NCBI GenBank assembly: GCA_002269645.1
Contig: NIVC01000768.1
Location: forward strand, 62,001-126,000
Source of the DNA: Macrostomum lignano
Taxonomy: Eukaryota
Length of the DNA: 64,000 bases
Direction of reading: 5' to 3'
How positions within the stretch are numbered: the stretch's first letter is position 1; the number at the start of each line of letters is the position of its first letter. Shown here piece by piece: positions 30,348-49,450 of this stretch. Position numbers and translations under genes: made by a program. Below the pieces are notes generated by a model, which was given only the letters and a program-made list of their open reading frames with translations, had not been told where the DNA came from and did no database searches.

Positions 30348-33300
30348 TTAGATCAGGTGCTCCTGGCCGTAGTAACGATAGCACGCCCTGACAACCTGGC
30401 GCAGAGCGCTAGTATAACAAAGGTCCCGCCGATCATCCGGCGCCCGACGGTCGTCCTTAATGCTAAGGAACGGCATGACGTCCAGCGGCCACCAGGCCGG
30501 CCGCTTGTCGCTGCAGCCCCAACGAATCCGACGCGGCCTACGGCGACGCGGTTCAACATCTTCGGTACCCCAGTTCCACAGGCCGACCAGGTGGAGCAGT
30601 AGTCTGCGGATTGAATTAACGTCCAGTTCGTCAAGGCGAGCCGGACGGCCGCGACGGACCAGAACGGGCAGGCGAACATTCGCTGCGCGTTGGCTGCTGC
30701 TGTCAGAGTTTGACGGACTTCTTGACGGGTCGTCCTGTAATTGGGAGACATCAGTGACTCGACGACGATGGTCTACAATTTCTGGCGATCGAGGTCCCGA
30801 TGCACGAGCTGCAGTCTGATCCGATAGCTGTTCTTGCAGCTCCGGCAGCGTTGGTTGATGCGGCTGAGGATCCGTAGACCGCGACTCCAGCTTCACGATG
30901 CAGGTTTTAGCGCACCTATGCGGGTGGATTCAGACAGTCGTGAATTTACAGCTAGAAAGTAAAATGACACTGTCATAATCGCTAGTGCTACGAGATGCCT
31001 GTGGGCACCCTGGCATAACGCCTTTGGTAACATCGTCCCGCAACCAGTGCTGAGGCGATTCTGCCCATTCCACTGACTCCTGAGCTACGAGTACATAAAA
31101 GTGCGCCAATACTGTACGCAGGCAGGCACTCACGCACACGCTCACACAGGGTGTACAGCGGCCCTGACTATCTAATCGTCAGGCTTGTACACTCTATGTG
31201 CCTTGAAACAACCCACCGCGACCAATTTTCGCACACAAGATCCAAATAATCCAAATGAGCACCTGGAAGCAATCGGGGCCGAAATAGACAGAGTTTTCGC
31301 TGGTGCACGAATCCACATTGCGCTCTGCTGCGGCTGTGGCGGCGGCGGAGGCGGTGGATCTGCGACCGCTCCAGTCTGAGTGCCAAGAGACCGCAGCTGT
31401 ACTGGGAAAACTGGAGCCTCAACCAGTTTAGAAAGATTTCGAAACTCAACCAGTTCAGAAAGATTTCGAGACTCAACCAGTTCAGAAAGATTTCGAGACT
31501 CAACCAGTTCAGAAAGATTTCGAGCCTCGCCAGCCGCCACGTCAACTGGGTGCAGCTCCGATTCAGGTAAAACTTCCTCAGCTTCTAAGCAGGGCCCAAA
31601 GTCTGACTCAGACACTAGCCGCTGCTGATTAGACTCAATGATTGGCAGTTCTAATAAGTGAGATTGGCCATAGAATTTGTAACAATGGCGCACAACTTCG
31701 CGCAGAGCGTCCGCGTGGTGACGGATCAGGGCGCGTTGGTCCGATGTGCGCCAATCCTGCGGGAGCACGGGAGGTGTAGCGGAGCCAATACTTTCATAGT
31801 CGTACAGAGCAAACGAATTTACTTAATGGTTTCGTTGTTAATTTGTTAAGGGCTGTTTTGATAGTTAGAGTATTAACTGTCATTGTAACTGTATTAACTG
31901 GACGATGAATCAAAACACTGTATGGTTTGAAGGAACTGCACATGTACTGCATTGATCTGCATTTTTTCAAGCCAGCTAAAAGATTGGTTAGAGACAGGTT
32001 ACAGACAGGTATGACTTTCTATTCGTAAATTTGAACGTGACCCAACCTTAACTCGAGCTGACTTAGCGTCCTTCTTCCTGCCAAGGCGTTTGGTAGAAGT
32101 TTTTAACTTAAAGGTCAGGTATAGAATCTAGCGCGTGACTGCGGGTCAGAGAGAGAAGAAAAAAGAGAGAAGAGGGGAGAGGAGGGGAGATGAGAGAGGA
32201 GGGAGAAGATGAGAGGGAAGATGAGAGAGAGGGAAGAGGAGGGGAGAGAACGGAGATAATAAAGGAGAGAGGAGGAAAGAGGAGAGAAGAGATAAGAGAG
32301 GAGATGGGAGAGGAGGGGAGGGGAGGGGAGATAAGAGAGGACATAAAAAAGGGAGCTGAAGAGACACAAGAATTTGTGAAGCTTCAAAAGAACCCGAGGG
32401 CCGGATATTGAAAACCCTGATCTATACCCACCCGGTAGCATCTTCTTATTAAGCGTAATTTGAACGAACCAGAGAAACCATATGCTGACCTAAGTCGAAT
32501 CGAAAAGTGATAATTGAGAATGATGCATGCAGCATATTGTACTCAAATGGGAAAAAGCCCAGGTGCTAGTTATCTGTAGCCGTGGGTTGACTATGAGACA
32601 CCATCAGAACAATTAAGGTACACAGTTTAATTAACGTCTTTCGGCCCATTTTCACCCTGGTATATGTTGAAGAATATCTGAAAAGTCAGAATAACTGGCA
32701 ATTGTTGGAGTGGTGCAGAACAGATGGTTTCAATATATTCTTGAATTTCTTGTGCCTGAGTTACTAGGCTCCGATGCAGCAACAAAAATTGTCAAGAGGC
32801 AGGCGGGGGTGAATTCCAACCACTCCTTGGTCGTTCTACTGTTAACGACAAGATAGGCATTTGACGAAAAAATGGCAATGGTAGAAATGTAAAAAAGGAA
32901 TAGAGAAAGAAATTAAAAAATTCCTTTTCAAGAGGCCAATTAGGAGCGAGAACGAAGCGCATTAAGGAAGGCTGGGAGGGGTGCTGGGTTGAGTTGCATC
33001 GCTGTCAGTTTTCTCTCTCTCTCTCTCTCTCTCTTTCAGTATAAAGATGGCTTCTCGGCCTGCAAAGTAGTTATGGGTTTTGTCTCAATAAAGTTCTGAC
33101 TTGACTTGCTTTTTCAGATACTAAATTACCTCAATTAACAAGCACGCCTAGCTAGAAAAGCAGCAAATGTTGAAGCTCTACGCTTTCATTTTGCTAACTA
33201 ACGCGGTTACAGCCGTCTTCGCCAGCTGCAGAACGAAGTGGTGCAAACTCGGCGACCGCTGCCTCAACGAGACCGTCGCTCAAGGCTGCTGGAAGGCGCC

Positions 33301-36300
33301 CAGCGTGGCGCCCTGCATGATGAAGGCGGGCGCCAGTCCCGGAGACCTGGTTGCGCAGTGGAATGAGCGCACCGCTGCGTGCTGCCTCTTCCGCTACCAG
33401 ACGGTGTGCCGGCACATTCAGGCCCGCAACGCGACCGAGTCTCTGAGCGACAGCCGGTGCAGCGTGTACCGCTTCTCGTCTCTGTCGAGATGCTCCGAGT
33501 CGGTCGGTGCGCGCTTTGTGGCCGCGTGGCTGGCAGGAGGCGGCAGCCGGTTTGACAACCTCGTGTGCCAGGCCGAGCCCGGCAACTACCGGCTGCACAG
33601 CGAGAACGTGGACTGGACTGAGGACGGAGCCAAGTTCAACGGGGCGTGTTCGTACGCGGCTACCGAGGATGTGGGAAACGTAGTGAACGGGGGCTCCTTC
33701 ACCTGGCTTCTGCGGCTGAAGAGGCAGCCGAGACTCCAGCCGTTCATGGAAGCCGGCCAGTGCGACAACTTAGGGAATTTTGGCCCGCATTTCTGGGAGT
33801 ACAGCATGCCGAACATGCTGTTCAATCGTTCTCCAGGCCTAACAGGTGCAAAAGCATCTCAAATTCTCCCAAACAATCCGAACACTTGGATCGACATCGG
33901 ACTGAGCCAATCAGAAACAGATAGGCAAATGTTTTTCAATGGCTCATTTGTGCTGTCAACTGGAGCGACCGCTCCGACCTCGAGCTTCTGCTACATTATT
34001 CAAATTGGTCGGCGTTGGCCAAATCATTTTCTACAGGGCACCGTTAGGGCCGTTGCGATCGCGAACTTCTCCATGACAGCGGCGGAGATTCAGCGGTTCT
34101 TTTCAACGCTGCCCTGAGCCTTGAAAAACGCTGAACTTATAAAGGATTAAATTTTGTTGCTGAACAAATTTAAAATAATTTTAATACGCGTACAGCGCCT
34201 ACAATACTTATCTAGCAATCTTAGCCCCTTATAGGGCAGGTAATAAAGAAAGTAGAATATTTTTAAAAACTAATCAAAAAAGCTTGCAGGGCGTACACTG
34301 CACTCTGTGGCCCTCACTATTCATGTCCCACTCTTTTGCCAAAACTTTTTTTTACCAATTATCGACCAATCACGTTTTATTCCCCAAAACCCAATATCGA
34401 CTAATAAATATACTGAGCAAACAAAGTCATACAGAAGCCACCTTTCTCGGCACGCAAACTTGCATTATTACAAAAGTCTAAGTTAGCAGCAACCCCACTG
34501 CGAGCCTTGGCATTCTCCATTGAGGCACTAAATTAACCCCCTACACCTTAAAAGTTATGGTCTAACCGTACCAAAGTAAACCTAACTCTCCTTTTGATGT
34601 TTGTCATCGCAACAACCCCCCGTGAGCCTTGGCATCTCAGCAACCCTCTCCCCGTGAGCCTTGGCATCTCAGCAACCCTCTCCCCGTGAGCCTTGGCATC
34701 TCAGCAACCCTCTCCCCGTGAGCCTTGGCATCTCAGCAACCCTCTCCCCGTGAGCCTTGGCATCTCAGCAACCCTCTCCCCGTGAGCCTTAGCATCTCAG
34801 CAACCCCCTCCCCTCGTGAGCCTTAGCATCTCAGCAACCCCCTCCCCTCGTGAGCCTTGGCATCTCAGCAACCCTCTCCCCGTGAGCCTAGGCATCTCAG
34901 CAACTCCCTCCCCCCGTGAGCCTTGGCATCTCAGCAACCCTCTCCCCGTGAGCCTTGGCATCTCAGCAACCCTCTCCCCGTGAGCCTTGGCATCTCAGCA
35001 ACCCTCTCCCCGTGAGCCTTGGCATCTCAGCAACCCTCTCCCTGTGAGCCTTGGCATCTCAGCAACCCTCTCCCCGTGAGCCTTGGCATCTCAGCAACCC
35101 TCTCCCCGTGAGCCTTGGCAACCCCTCTCCCGTGAGCCTTGGCATCTCAGCAACCCTCTCCCTGTGAGCCTTGGCATCTCAGCAACCCTCTCCCCGTGAG
35201 CCTTGGCATCTCAGCAACCCTCTCCCTGTGAGCCTTGGCATCTCAGCAACCCTCTCCCCGTGAGCCTTGGCATCTCAGCAACTCCCTCCCCCCGTGAGCC
35301 TTGGCATCTCAGCAACCCTCTCCCCGTGAGCCTTAGCATCTCAGCAACCCCCTCCCCTCGTGAGCCTTAGCATCTCAGCAACCCCCTCCCCTCGTGAGCC
35401 TTGGCATCTCAGCAACCCTCTCCCCGTGAGCCTAGGCATCTCAGCAACTCCCTCCCCCCGTGAGCCTTGGCATCTCAGCAACCCTCTCCCCGTGAGCCTT
35501 GGCATCTCAGCAACCCTCTCCCCGTGAGCCTTGGCATCTCAGCAACCCTCTCCCCGTGAGCCTTGGCATCTCAGCAACCCTCTCCCTGTGAGCCTTGGCA
35601 TCTCAGCAACCCTCTCCCCCGTGAGCCTTGGCATCTCAGCAACCCTCTCCCCGTGAGCCTTGGCAACCCCCTCTCCCGTGAGCCTTGGCATCTCAGCAAC
35701 CCTCTCCCTGTGAGCCTTGGCATCTCAGCAACCCTCTCCCCGTGAGCCTTGGCATCTCAGCAACCCTCTCCCTGTGAGCCTTGGCATCTCAGCAACCCTC
35801 TCCCCGTGAGCCTTGGCATCTCAGCAACTCCCTCCCCCCGTGAGCCTTGGCATCTCAGCAACCCTCTCCCCGTGAGCCTTGGCATCTCAGCAACCCTCTC
35901 CCCGTGAGCCTTGGCATCTCAGCAACCCTCTCCTAGTGAGCCTTGGCATCTCAGCAACCCTCTCCCCGTGAGCCTTGGCATCTCAGCAACCCTCTCCTAG
36001 TGAGCCTTGGCATCTCAGCAACCCTCTCCCCGTGAGCCTTGGCATCTCAGCAACCCTCTCCTAGTGAGCCTTGGCATCTCAGCAACCCTCTCCCCGTGAG
36101 CCTTGGCATCTCAGCAACCCTCTCCCTGTGAGCCTTGGCATCTCAGCAACCCTCTCCTAGTGAGCCTTGGCATCTCAGCAACCCTCTCCCCGTGAGCCTT
36201 GGCAACCCCCTCCCCCGTGAGCCTTGGCATCTCAGCAACCCTCTCCCTGTGAGCCTTGGCATCTCAGCAACCCTCTCCCCGTGAGCCTTGGCATCTCAGC

Positions 36301-38319
36301 AACCCTCTCCCCGTGAGCCTTGGCATCTCAGCAACCCTCTCCCTGTGAGCCTTGGCATCTCAGCAACCCTCTCCTAGTGAGCCTTGGCATCTCAGCAACC
36401 CTCTCCCCGTGAGCCTTGGCATCTCAGCAACCCTCTCCCTGTGAGCCTTGGCATCTCAGCAACCCTCTCCTAGTGAGCCTTGGCATCTCAGCAACCCTCT
36501 CCCCGTGAGCCTTGGCATCTCAGCAACCCTCTCCCCGTGAGCCTTGGCATCTCAGCAACCCTCTCCCTGTGAGCCTTGGCATCTCAGCAACCCTCTCCCC
36601 GTGAGCCTTGGCATCTCAGCAACCCTCTCCCCGTGAGCCTTGGCATCTCAGCAACCCTCTCCCTGTGAGCCTTGGCATCTCAGCAACCCTCTCCCCATGA
36701 GCCTTGGCATCTCAGCAACTCCCTCCCCCCGTGAGCCTTGGCATCTCAGCAACCCCCCCCTCGTGAGCCTTGGCATCTCAGCAACCCCCTCCCCCGTGAG
36801 CCTTGGCATCTCAGCAACCCCCTCCCCCCGTGAGCCTTGGCATCTCAGCAACTCCCTCCCCCGTGAGCCTTGGCATCTCAGCAACCCCCTCCCCCCGTGA
36901 GCCTTGGCATCTCAGCAACTCCCTCCCCCGTGAGCCTTGGCATCTCAGCAACCCCCTCCCCCCGTGAGCCTTGGCATCTCAGCAACTCCCTCCCCCCGTG
37001 AGCCTTGGCATCTCAGCAACCCCCACACCGTGTGACTACGAACTATGAGCATGTCTTCACGAAGGGACAATGCTGACAGTTCTATTCTATTCAAGTAATG
37101 CTAAAAACGCAGTCCATATAGTCTCCAATTATTCTTTCAGAGAACAGTTGGTTTAAAAAGCAAATGGCTGTAAGGACTAGCTTACTGAGAGAGAAGCATC
37201 AGATGAGAGACTGTTTTGTGAACTTGCTGGGCCACAGTTACTCGCCTATTATGTCTATTTCCAGTTCTTTGTAAATGAAATATTAATACACACACAATTC
37301 TCTAATTACGAGCTAGAACGACACTATTCCTTTTAAGTCCTACACAATGAAAACGCTCCCATCTAAGGAATTAAGAAGAAGCCACTGGAGCAGACAGAAC
37401 ATCTCAGCGGCAAACGCGTCTGACTCGATCGCGTCGCGACCCTTTGTTGGTTCGAATCCGTGCTTCGGCCACATTCATTCGGGACCCATGAGGGCCAGCC
37501 CCCAAGGCACAGAGTGTACATGCCTGACGGTTAGAAAGTCAGGACCGCTGTACACCCTGTGTGAGCATGTGTATGAGTGCGTACCAGCGTACAGTATTAA
37601 ACTGAACTCATTGACCGCCTGACCTGCTTGACATTCCGCCAGGGCAGCAGGCAGTCTGGCCACCACAGCGGCATGGCTGCGGGATCGTCCCAGCGCAGCT
37701 GGGTCCGGCCAGTGACCAACTTGAGCAGGTCCGGCACAAACCGGCGCAATTCGTTAATTGGCATGTCCTCTAATTGCACCCGACGGCCTTTAACTATCGG
37801 CTCGGGCAGCTGCAGTATCGGCTGCGGCCCGGCCTCGGAGGCTGAGGCAACGGCAGCTGCGTCAGTCGATAGAGTCGACAGCGACTCGCGCGTCAGAGCC
37901 TCAATGTCGGGCCCAAGCAGACGGAGGTGGCTGCGCAGCGGTTCGCTTCCGGCCACCCTCAGCCGCCACTGGAATGCGTCGTCGTCGTTGTCATCGCCGT
38001 AAATTTCGCTGATGCTGCCGCCACCGCCGCCGTCGCCTCCTCGACGACGCGGCCGACGCTCCAGCATGACAACGGCGCACAGGCGCACCGTGGCGCCATC
38101 GTCGGCGCCACTGCAAGTCAGCAGGCTGGCCCGACGGGCGAGATCGCGAAACGACCCGGAGGCGGCTTCGCTGTCGTTTTTCTGCCGACGACGGGCTGCG
38201 ACTCTACAGCGCCGTTTGGCAGCGCCGCCGACCTCAGCGACCAACGGACGCTTAGACTGAAGATGCGGGATATTCAATGCGAGTGCCTGATTGAACTCGG
38301 AGTTTGGAAACCTAAACAT
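30348..38319 (-). CDS. NRF1/EWG/P3A2-family-like DNA-binding protein with two tandem NRF1-type modules (3 exons, ~585 aa)
   Basis: Exons 38319..37624 (CAG|GTCAGG, phase 0), 31756..31263 (AG|GTGCTC, phase 2) and 30915..30348 join in frame. Module 1: LPEPIVKGRRVQLEDMPINELRRFVPDLLKLVTGR..RW..MPLWWPDCLLPWRNVKQ|DWRT...ADALREVVRHCYKFYGQSHLL. Module 2: LPVLVRRG..RWGCSDKRPAWWP..SALRQVVRACYRYYGQEHLI. Both match the NRF1 pattern LPPL..LRAFIP..KPIWWP..PWANVRSD..QALRTIVKNCYKQHGREDLL. Confidence 0.8.
31040..31215 (-). mobile_element. SINE body, copy C (intron 2 of the NRF1-like gene)
   Basis: The reverse complement matches the body of copies A and D (AGAGTGTACA.GCCTGACGATTAGA.AGTCAGG.CCGCTGTACACCCTGTGTGAGCGTGTG). 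Confidence 0.75.
32116..32419. mobile_element. Degenerate hAT/Charlie-like MITE with purine-rich interior
   Basis: Shares TTTGTGAAGCT.CAAA.GA..CCCGAG.GC.GGA and a GA-rich middle with the element at 41851-42136; ends CCCTG; TSD not resolved. Confidence 0.4.
33040..33046 (+). promoter_or_regulatory. Candidate TATA box of the nested secreted-protein gene
   Basis: TATAAAG after a (CT)n tract, about 125 nt before the ATG; a possible 52-nt 5'UTR intron (GTAGTT...TTTTCAG) follows. Confidence 0.35.
33167..34117 (+). CDS. Intronless secreted protein: signal peptide, Cys-rich PAN/apple-like N-terminus, C-terminal LamG/concanavalin-A-like domain
   Basis: 316-aa ORF with GC-rich codon usage; hydrophobic leader MLKLYAFILLTNAVTAVFA; C-terminal pattern SFTWLLRLK...WIDIGLS...MFFNG...IQIG....FLQGTVRAVAIANFSMTAAEIQRFF is typical of LamG-3 folds; AATAAA at 34242-34247. 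Confidence 0.75.
   Translation: MLKLYAFILLTNAVTAVFASCRTKWCKLGDRCLNETVAQGCWKAPSVAPCMMKAGASPGDLVAQWNERTAACCLFRYQTVCRHIQARNATESLSDSRCSVYRFSSLSRCSESVGARFVAAWLAGGGSRFDNLVCQAEPGNYRLHSENVDWTEDGAKFNGACSYAATEDVGNVVNGGSFTWLLRLKRQPRLQPFMEAGQCDNLGNFGPHFWEYSMPNMLFNRSPGLTGAKASQILPNNPNTWIDIGLSQSETDRQMFFNGSFVLSTGATAPTSSFCYIIQIGRRWPNHFLQGTVRAVAIANFSMTAAEIQRFFSTLP
34615..37025. repeat. 32-bp minisatellite (GTGAGCCTTGGCATCTCAGCAACCCTCTCCCC), ~75 copies, NRF1-like intron 1
   Basis: Direct inspection; no unique spacers. Confidence 0.98.
37401..37598 (+). mobile_element. tRNA-derived SINE copy D (NRF1-like intron 1, next to the donor)
   Basis: CTCAGCGGCAAACGCGTCTGACTCG head, B-box GGTTCGAATCC (37449-37459), shared body. 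Confidence 0.78.
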
Positions 38320-38344
38320 TTTAAAAAAGAGTTGCTCTCATTTT

Positions 38345-40055
38345 AGACTCAGACTAGACACAGTGAGATAGATAGTAGAAAGACTGAGACTAGACACACT
38401 GGATAGATAGTTGAGAGACTGTGAGACTAGACCCACTGGATACATTGTTGAGAGACTGTGAGACTAGACACACTGGATAGATAGTTGAGAGACTGTGAGA
38501 CTAGACACACTGGATAGATAGTAGAGAGACTGAGACTGGACGCACTGGATAGATAGTAGAGAGACTGAGACTAGACACACTGGATAGATAGTTGAGAGAC
38601 TGAGACTAGACACACTGGATAGATAGTTGAGAGACTGTGAGACTAGACACACTGGATAGATAGTTGAGAGACTGTGAGACTAGACACACTGGATAGATAG
38701 TTGAGAGACTGTGAGACTAGACACACTGGATAGATAGTAGAGAGACTGAGACTAGACACACTGGATAGATAGTTGAGAGACTGTGAGACTAGACCCACTG
38801 GATACATTGTTGAGAGACTGTGAGACTAGACACACTGGATAGATAGTTGAGAGACTGTGAGACTAGACACACTGGATAGATAGTAGAGAGACTGAGACTG
38901 GACGCACTGGATAGATAGTTGAGAGACTGAGACTAGACACACTGGATAGATAGTTGAGAGACTGAGACTAGACACACTGAATAGATAGTTGAGAGACTGT
39001 GAGACTAGACACACTGGATAGATAGTTGAGAGACTGTGAGACTAGACACACTGGATAGATAGTTGAGAGACTGTGAGACTAGACACACTGGATAGATAGT
39101 AGAGAGACTATGAGACTAGACACACTGGATAGATAGTAGAGAGACTGTGAGACTAGACACACTGGATAGATAGTAGAAAGACTGAGACTAGACACACTGG
39201 ATAGATAGTAGAAAGACTGAGACTAGACACACTGGATAGATAGTAGAAAGACTGAGACTAGACACACTGGATAGATAGTTGAGAGACTGTGAGACTAGAC
39301 ACACTGGATAGATGGTTGAGACTGTGAGACTAGACACACTGGATAGATAGTTGAGAGACTGTGAGACTAGACATACTGGATAGATAGTAGAGAGACTATG
39401 AGACTAGACACACTGGATAGATAGTAGAGACTGAGACTAGACACACTGGATAGATAGTAGAAAGACTGAGACTAGACACACTGGATAGATAGTTGAGAGA
39501 CTGAGACTAGACACACTGGATAGATAGTTGAGAGACTGTGAGACTAGACACACTGGATAGATGGTTGAGACTGTGAGACTAGACACACTGGATAGATAGT
39601 TGAGAGACTGTGAGACTAGACACACTGGATAGATAGTAGAGAGACTATGAGACTAGACACACTGGATAGATAGTAGAGAGACTGTGAGACTAGACACACT
39701 GGATAGATAGTAGAAAGACTGAGACTAGACACACTGGATAGATAGTAGAAAGACTGAGACTAGACACACTGGATAGATAGTTGAGAGACTGAGACTAGAC
39801 ACACTGGATAGATAGTTGAGAGACTGTGAGACTAGACACACTGGATAGATGGTTGAGACTGTGAGACTAGACACACTGGATAGATAGTTGAGAGACTGTG
39901 AGACTAGACACACTGGATAGATAGTAGAGAGACTATGAGACTAGACACACTGGATAGATAGTAGAGAGACTATGAGACTAGACACACTGGATAGATAGTA
40001 GAGACTGAGACTAGACACACTGGATAGATAGTAGAGACTGAGACCAGACACAGTG
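38345..40055. repeat. 35-37-bp minisatellite (GAGACTAGACACACTGGATAGATAGTTGAGAGACTGT) immediately upstream of the NRF1-like gene
   Basis: Direct inspection. Confidence 0.97.
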
Positions 40056-40587
40056 AGATCGACAGCAGAGACCGTGCTGGAACCCAATATTGTCTCATAT
40101 GTAAAGAAACAAAAAAATAGAATCAAGATAAATTAATTGTTTTATATTTTGTACTGAAATCTTCTATTTAACTGAAACAAGACAGACAATAAAAACAGAA
40201 AATATGAGCAATAAAAGAGCAGACAATACTATTTACAGCTATAAAATCGAAAGCAAAACTTCTACAGTAAAGAAACGGGCGGAGATATGGCAGAAGCAGT
40301 CAGCCAATAAGCTTTAACCAGCTCAATAAAAAAGAGCCATTAGATTAGCTAAAAGAAAATCTACAAAGAGCATTCTATTCGTAAATGAACAATTTCTCGA
40401 ATAATAAATTACAATCGAATGACTTCAATCTTTGTTAAGTTAAGTGGATCAGGTTAGATTAGAAATTGGAATGCAAACAGCTATAAATCACTCTGTCTTT
40501 ACTGAATCGTTTATTAGTGCACTTTTAATATCAGTTAATGACAGAAAGAACAATACGATTTGAATTGTTAAATTGCTAGATTTCAAA

Positions 40588-40777
40588 GGGCCTATCAACT
40601 TAAGCTCATAGAGTGGAGTCCTTAATTTCCCCTTGCTTGTTCTCTAACATCTCAGGTTCAATTTTTGTAACTGTTTTGCCAAATCCAGCTTCCTGGTGTC
40701 ACTGTGAGCAGGATGACGTATCATTTGTGTACATAGGTTACTCGGGCTCCACTTTTTGAGCTTAAGTTGACAGGCCC
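40588..40777. mobile_element. 190-bp MITE, PIF/Harbinger-like TIR GGGCCTRTCAACTTAAGCTCA
   Basis: About 30-bp inverted termini; TSD not clearly resolved. Confidence 0.6.
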
Positions 40778-41850
40778 TTTATTTTTATCCTGGTTACTGC
40801 AGAGCGGGCGTTTTATTAGCTGTGCGCTTCACAACCTCGAAATTTCACAAGCTAAGAACTTCACAAGTTCAAAAAGTTTCGCAAGCTCAAAATTCTATTA
40901 AAACTTGAAATTTCAAACAAACGGTAGCTCTCAATTTAAACATTCAACGCGAGTTTATAGGCTAATTAAAGCTACTTAGTTTTCTAAGTTCGAATCGCTT
41001 AACACGCCAGCCTTCGGTGCAGACAGACAATTGCTTAGTCTACAGTTCTAACAACAGCAAGAAGTACATAAGAGCACGAAAGCTGAGAAATGCAATAAAA
41101 AGCACACACACACACACCCAAAGCTAAGAACAATATTTAGCAGCAACATTAGGCACTGATAATTAGTTAACGGACAGAAAATTGACTCGAAGAGTTGTTA
41201 AATTATCAAACAATTTGAATGCAATTAATCAATCACACGTATTGGGACCTGACTTCTGAGATTTGCTTCTTCTATTAACCTGTAATTTCATGTGCTAAAT
41301 ACACAGCCTTGGCTGGAAACTACAAACAGTTAGGAATTATACTGGACTCCTAGATAGAAGCGACACAGTTTGGCACAACGCATAGACGCAGTAAGAAAGA
41401 AAATCATCTAGGAAATACTACTTATGTCAGTAGTACACATAAATCAATCAGACTATTGATTGTAATATAATACGAGTATTACCAATACACACAGGGAACC
41501 AATGTAAAACAGGCAAATACTTATCAAGTATGTGCAATTAAAATACAGGTAATTAAAAACCGCGCTAAACAATGCGATTATTTTACAGGAAACTAGAGTT
41601 AGCTAAAAGACATCTAGTAATAAAGTAGTAATCATGAGACAAATAAAAGCAGAAAGATTACTTAAATTAGCCAGACAGAAAGTCTTCAGTTATTTTTAGC
41701 ACTAAACAAAAATTATCACCTTCTAAACTTTCGAGTTTAAAATAAGAACTCGACTTTCTAAACAAAATATCAGCTGCTCAAAGCATAGCTGTTTCTCGGC
41801 CCGAGTTTTGTCTATGGTACAAACCCACTTTTTGCTATATCGGTTTAGAG

Positions 41851-42136
41851 CAGGGGTCGGCCAACTTGTTTATCTTAAGAGTCATATAAAATTGCTGCAA
41901 GCCAGGTAAAATAGAGAGCCAGAATAAGAGAAGAGGAAACAAAAGGTAAGATGAGATGACATATAAAAGGATAAAGAAGAGGATAGAAGACAGAGAGGGG
42001 AGAGGAGGGGAGATGAGAGGAGAGGAGAGGAGAGACGAGGGGAGATGAGAGAGAAGAGACAAAGCATGAGTGGGCCGGATTGATTTTGTGAAGCTCCAAA
42101 GGACACCCGAGTGCGGGAGAGAGAGGCCGACCCCTG
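41851..42136. mobile_element. hAT/Charlie-like MITE
   Basis: TIR CAGGGGTCGGCC / GGCCGACCCCTG; 8-bp TSD GTTTAGAG / GTTTAAAG. Confidence 0.8.
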
Positions 42137-42442
42137 GTTTAAAGAACACAGCGGCATTACTACGAGCGCACGTTTTTCCCGTCAAAAGGCGACACTTTTT
42201 GTCAATTTAGTGTTGAAAATACTTACAGTTTTGCTAGTGTGAGTGTGGCATCCTTTACTTCTATTGTCCATAATAATCAATGAAATAAAATACGAGAACT
42301 TTGGCATTTTGCCAGCCACGAGCATTTGCACTACTCAGAAAAAAATTAATATCAGTAGTAAGAAGGAGAAATCGTATGTTAGTTTCTTTGCATAGAATTT
42401 GGCAATTAGTATTTATTTGACTAAATTTAGGGCCTAGGGATG

Positions 42443-49200
<6,758 letters not shown>

Positions 49201-49450
49201 TGTATTACAGCTGCAACTCATCATAATTTGATTGTTAAGTAGGACTAAACTACTAAGAGAGTTTTGCGATATAGAGCGTAGTAGAAGACTATTTTTCACT
49301 TCAAGTCCTTTTCCAAACAATATGTCTATATGGCCAGAAGTCTCATTCTCTATGTAAAGAGAAAGTCTTTCACATTAATAACTACACACCACTTTACCTC
49401 CTATTTTGAACAAAGTCTTGTTCAAAAGAAACAAGCAGAACTTCAATTTA

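Noticed and set aside
32010-32800. Possible pogo/Tigger HTH remnant (KFERDPTLTRADLA)
   Set aside because: Too short and interrupted; no TIRs or DDE motif recognised.
34615-37025. CRISPR-like appearance of 32-37-bp repeats (also 38345-40055)
   Set aside because: Units are contiguous with no unique spacers, there are no cas genes, and the context is eukaryotic.
37510-37565. SECIS-like hairpin with AAA loop
   Set aside because: No AUGA/GA quartet, located in introns, and no Sec-TGA gene nearby.
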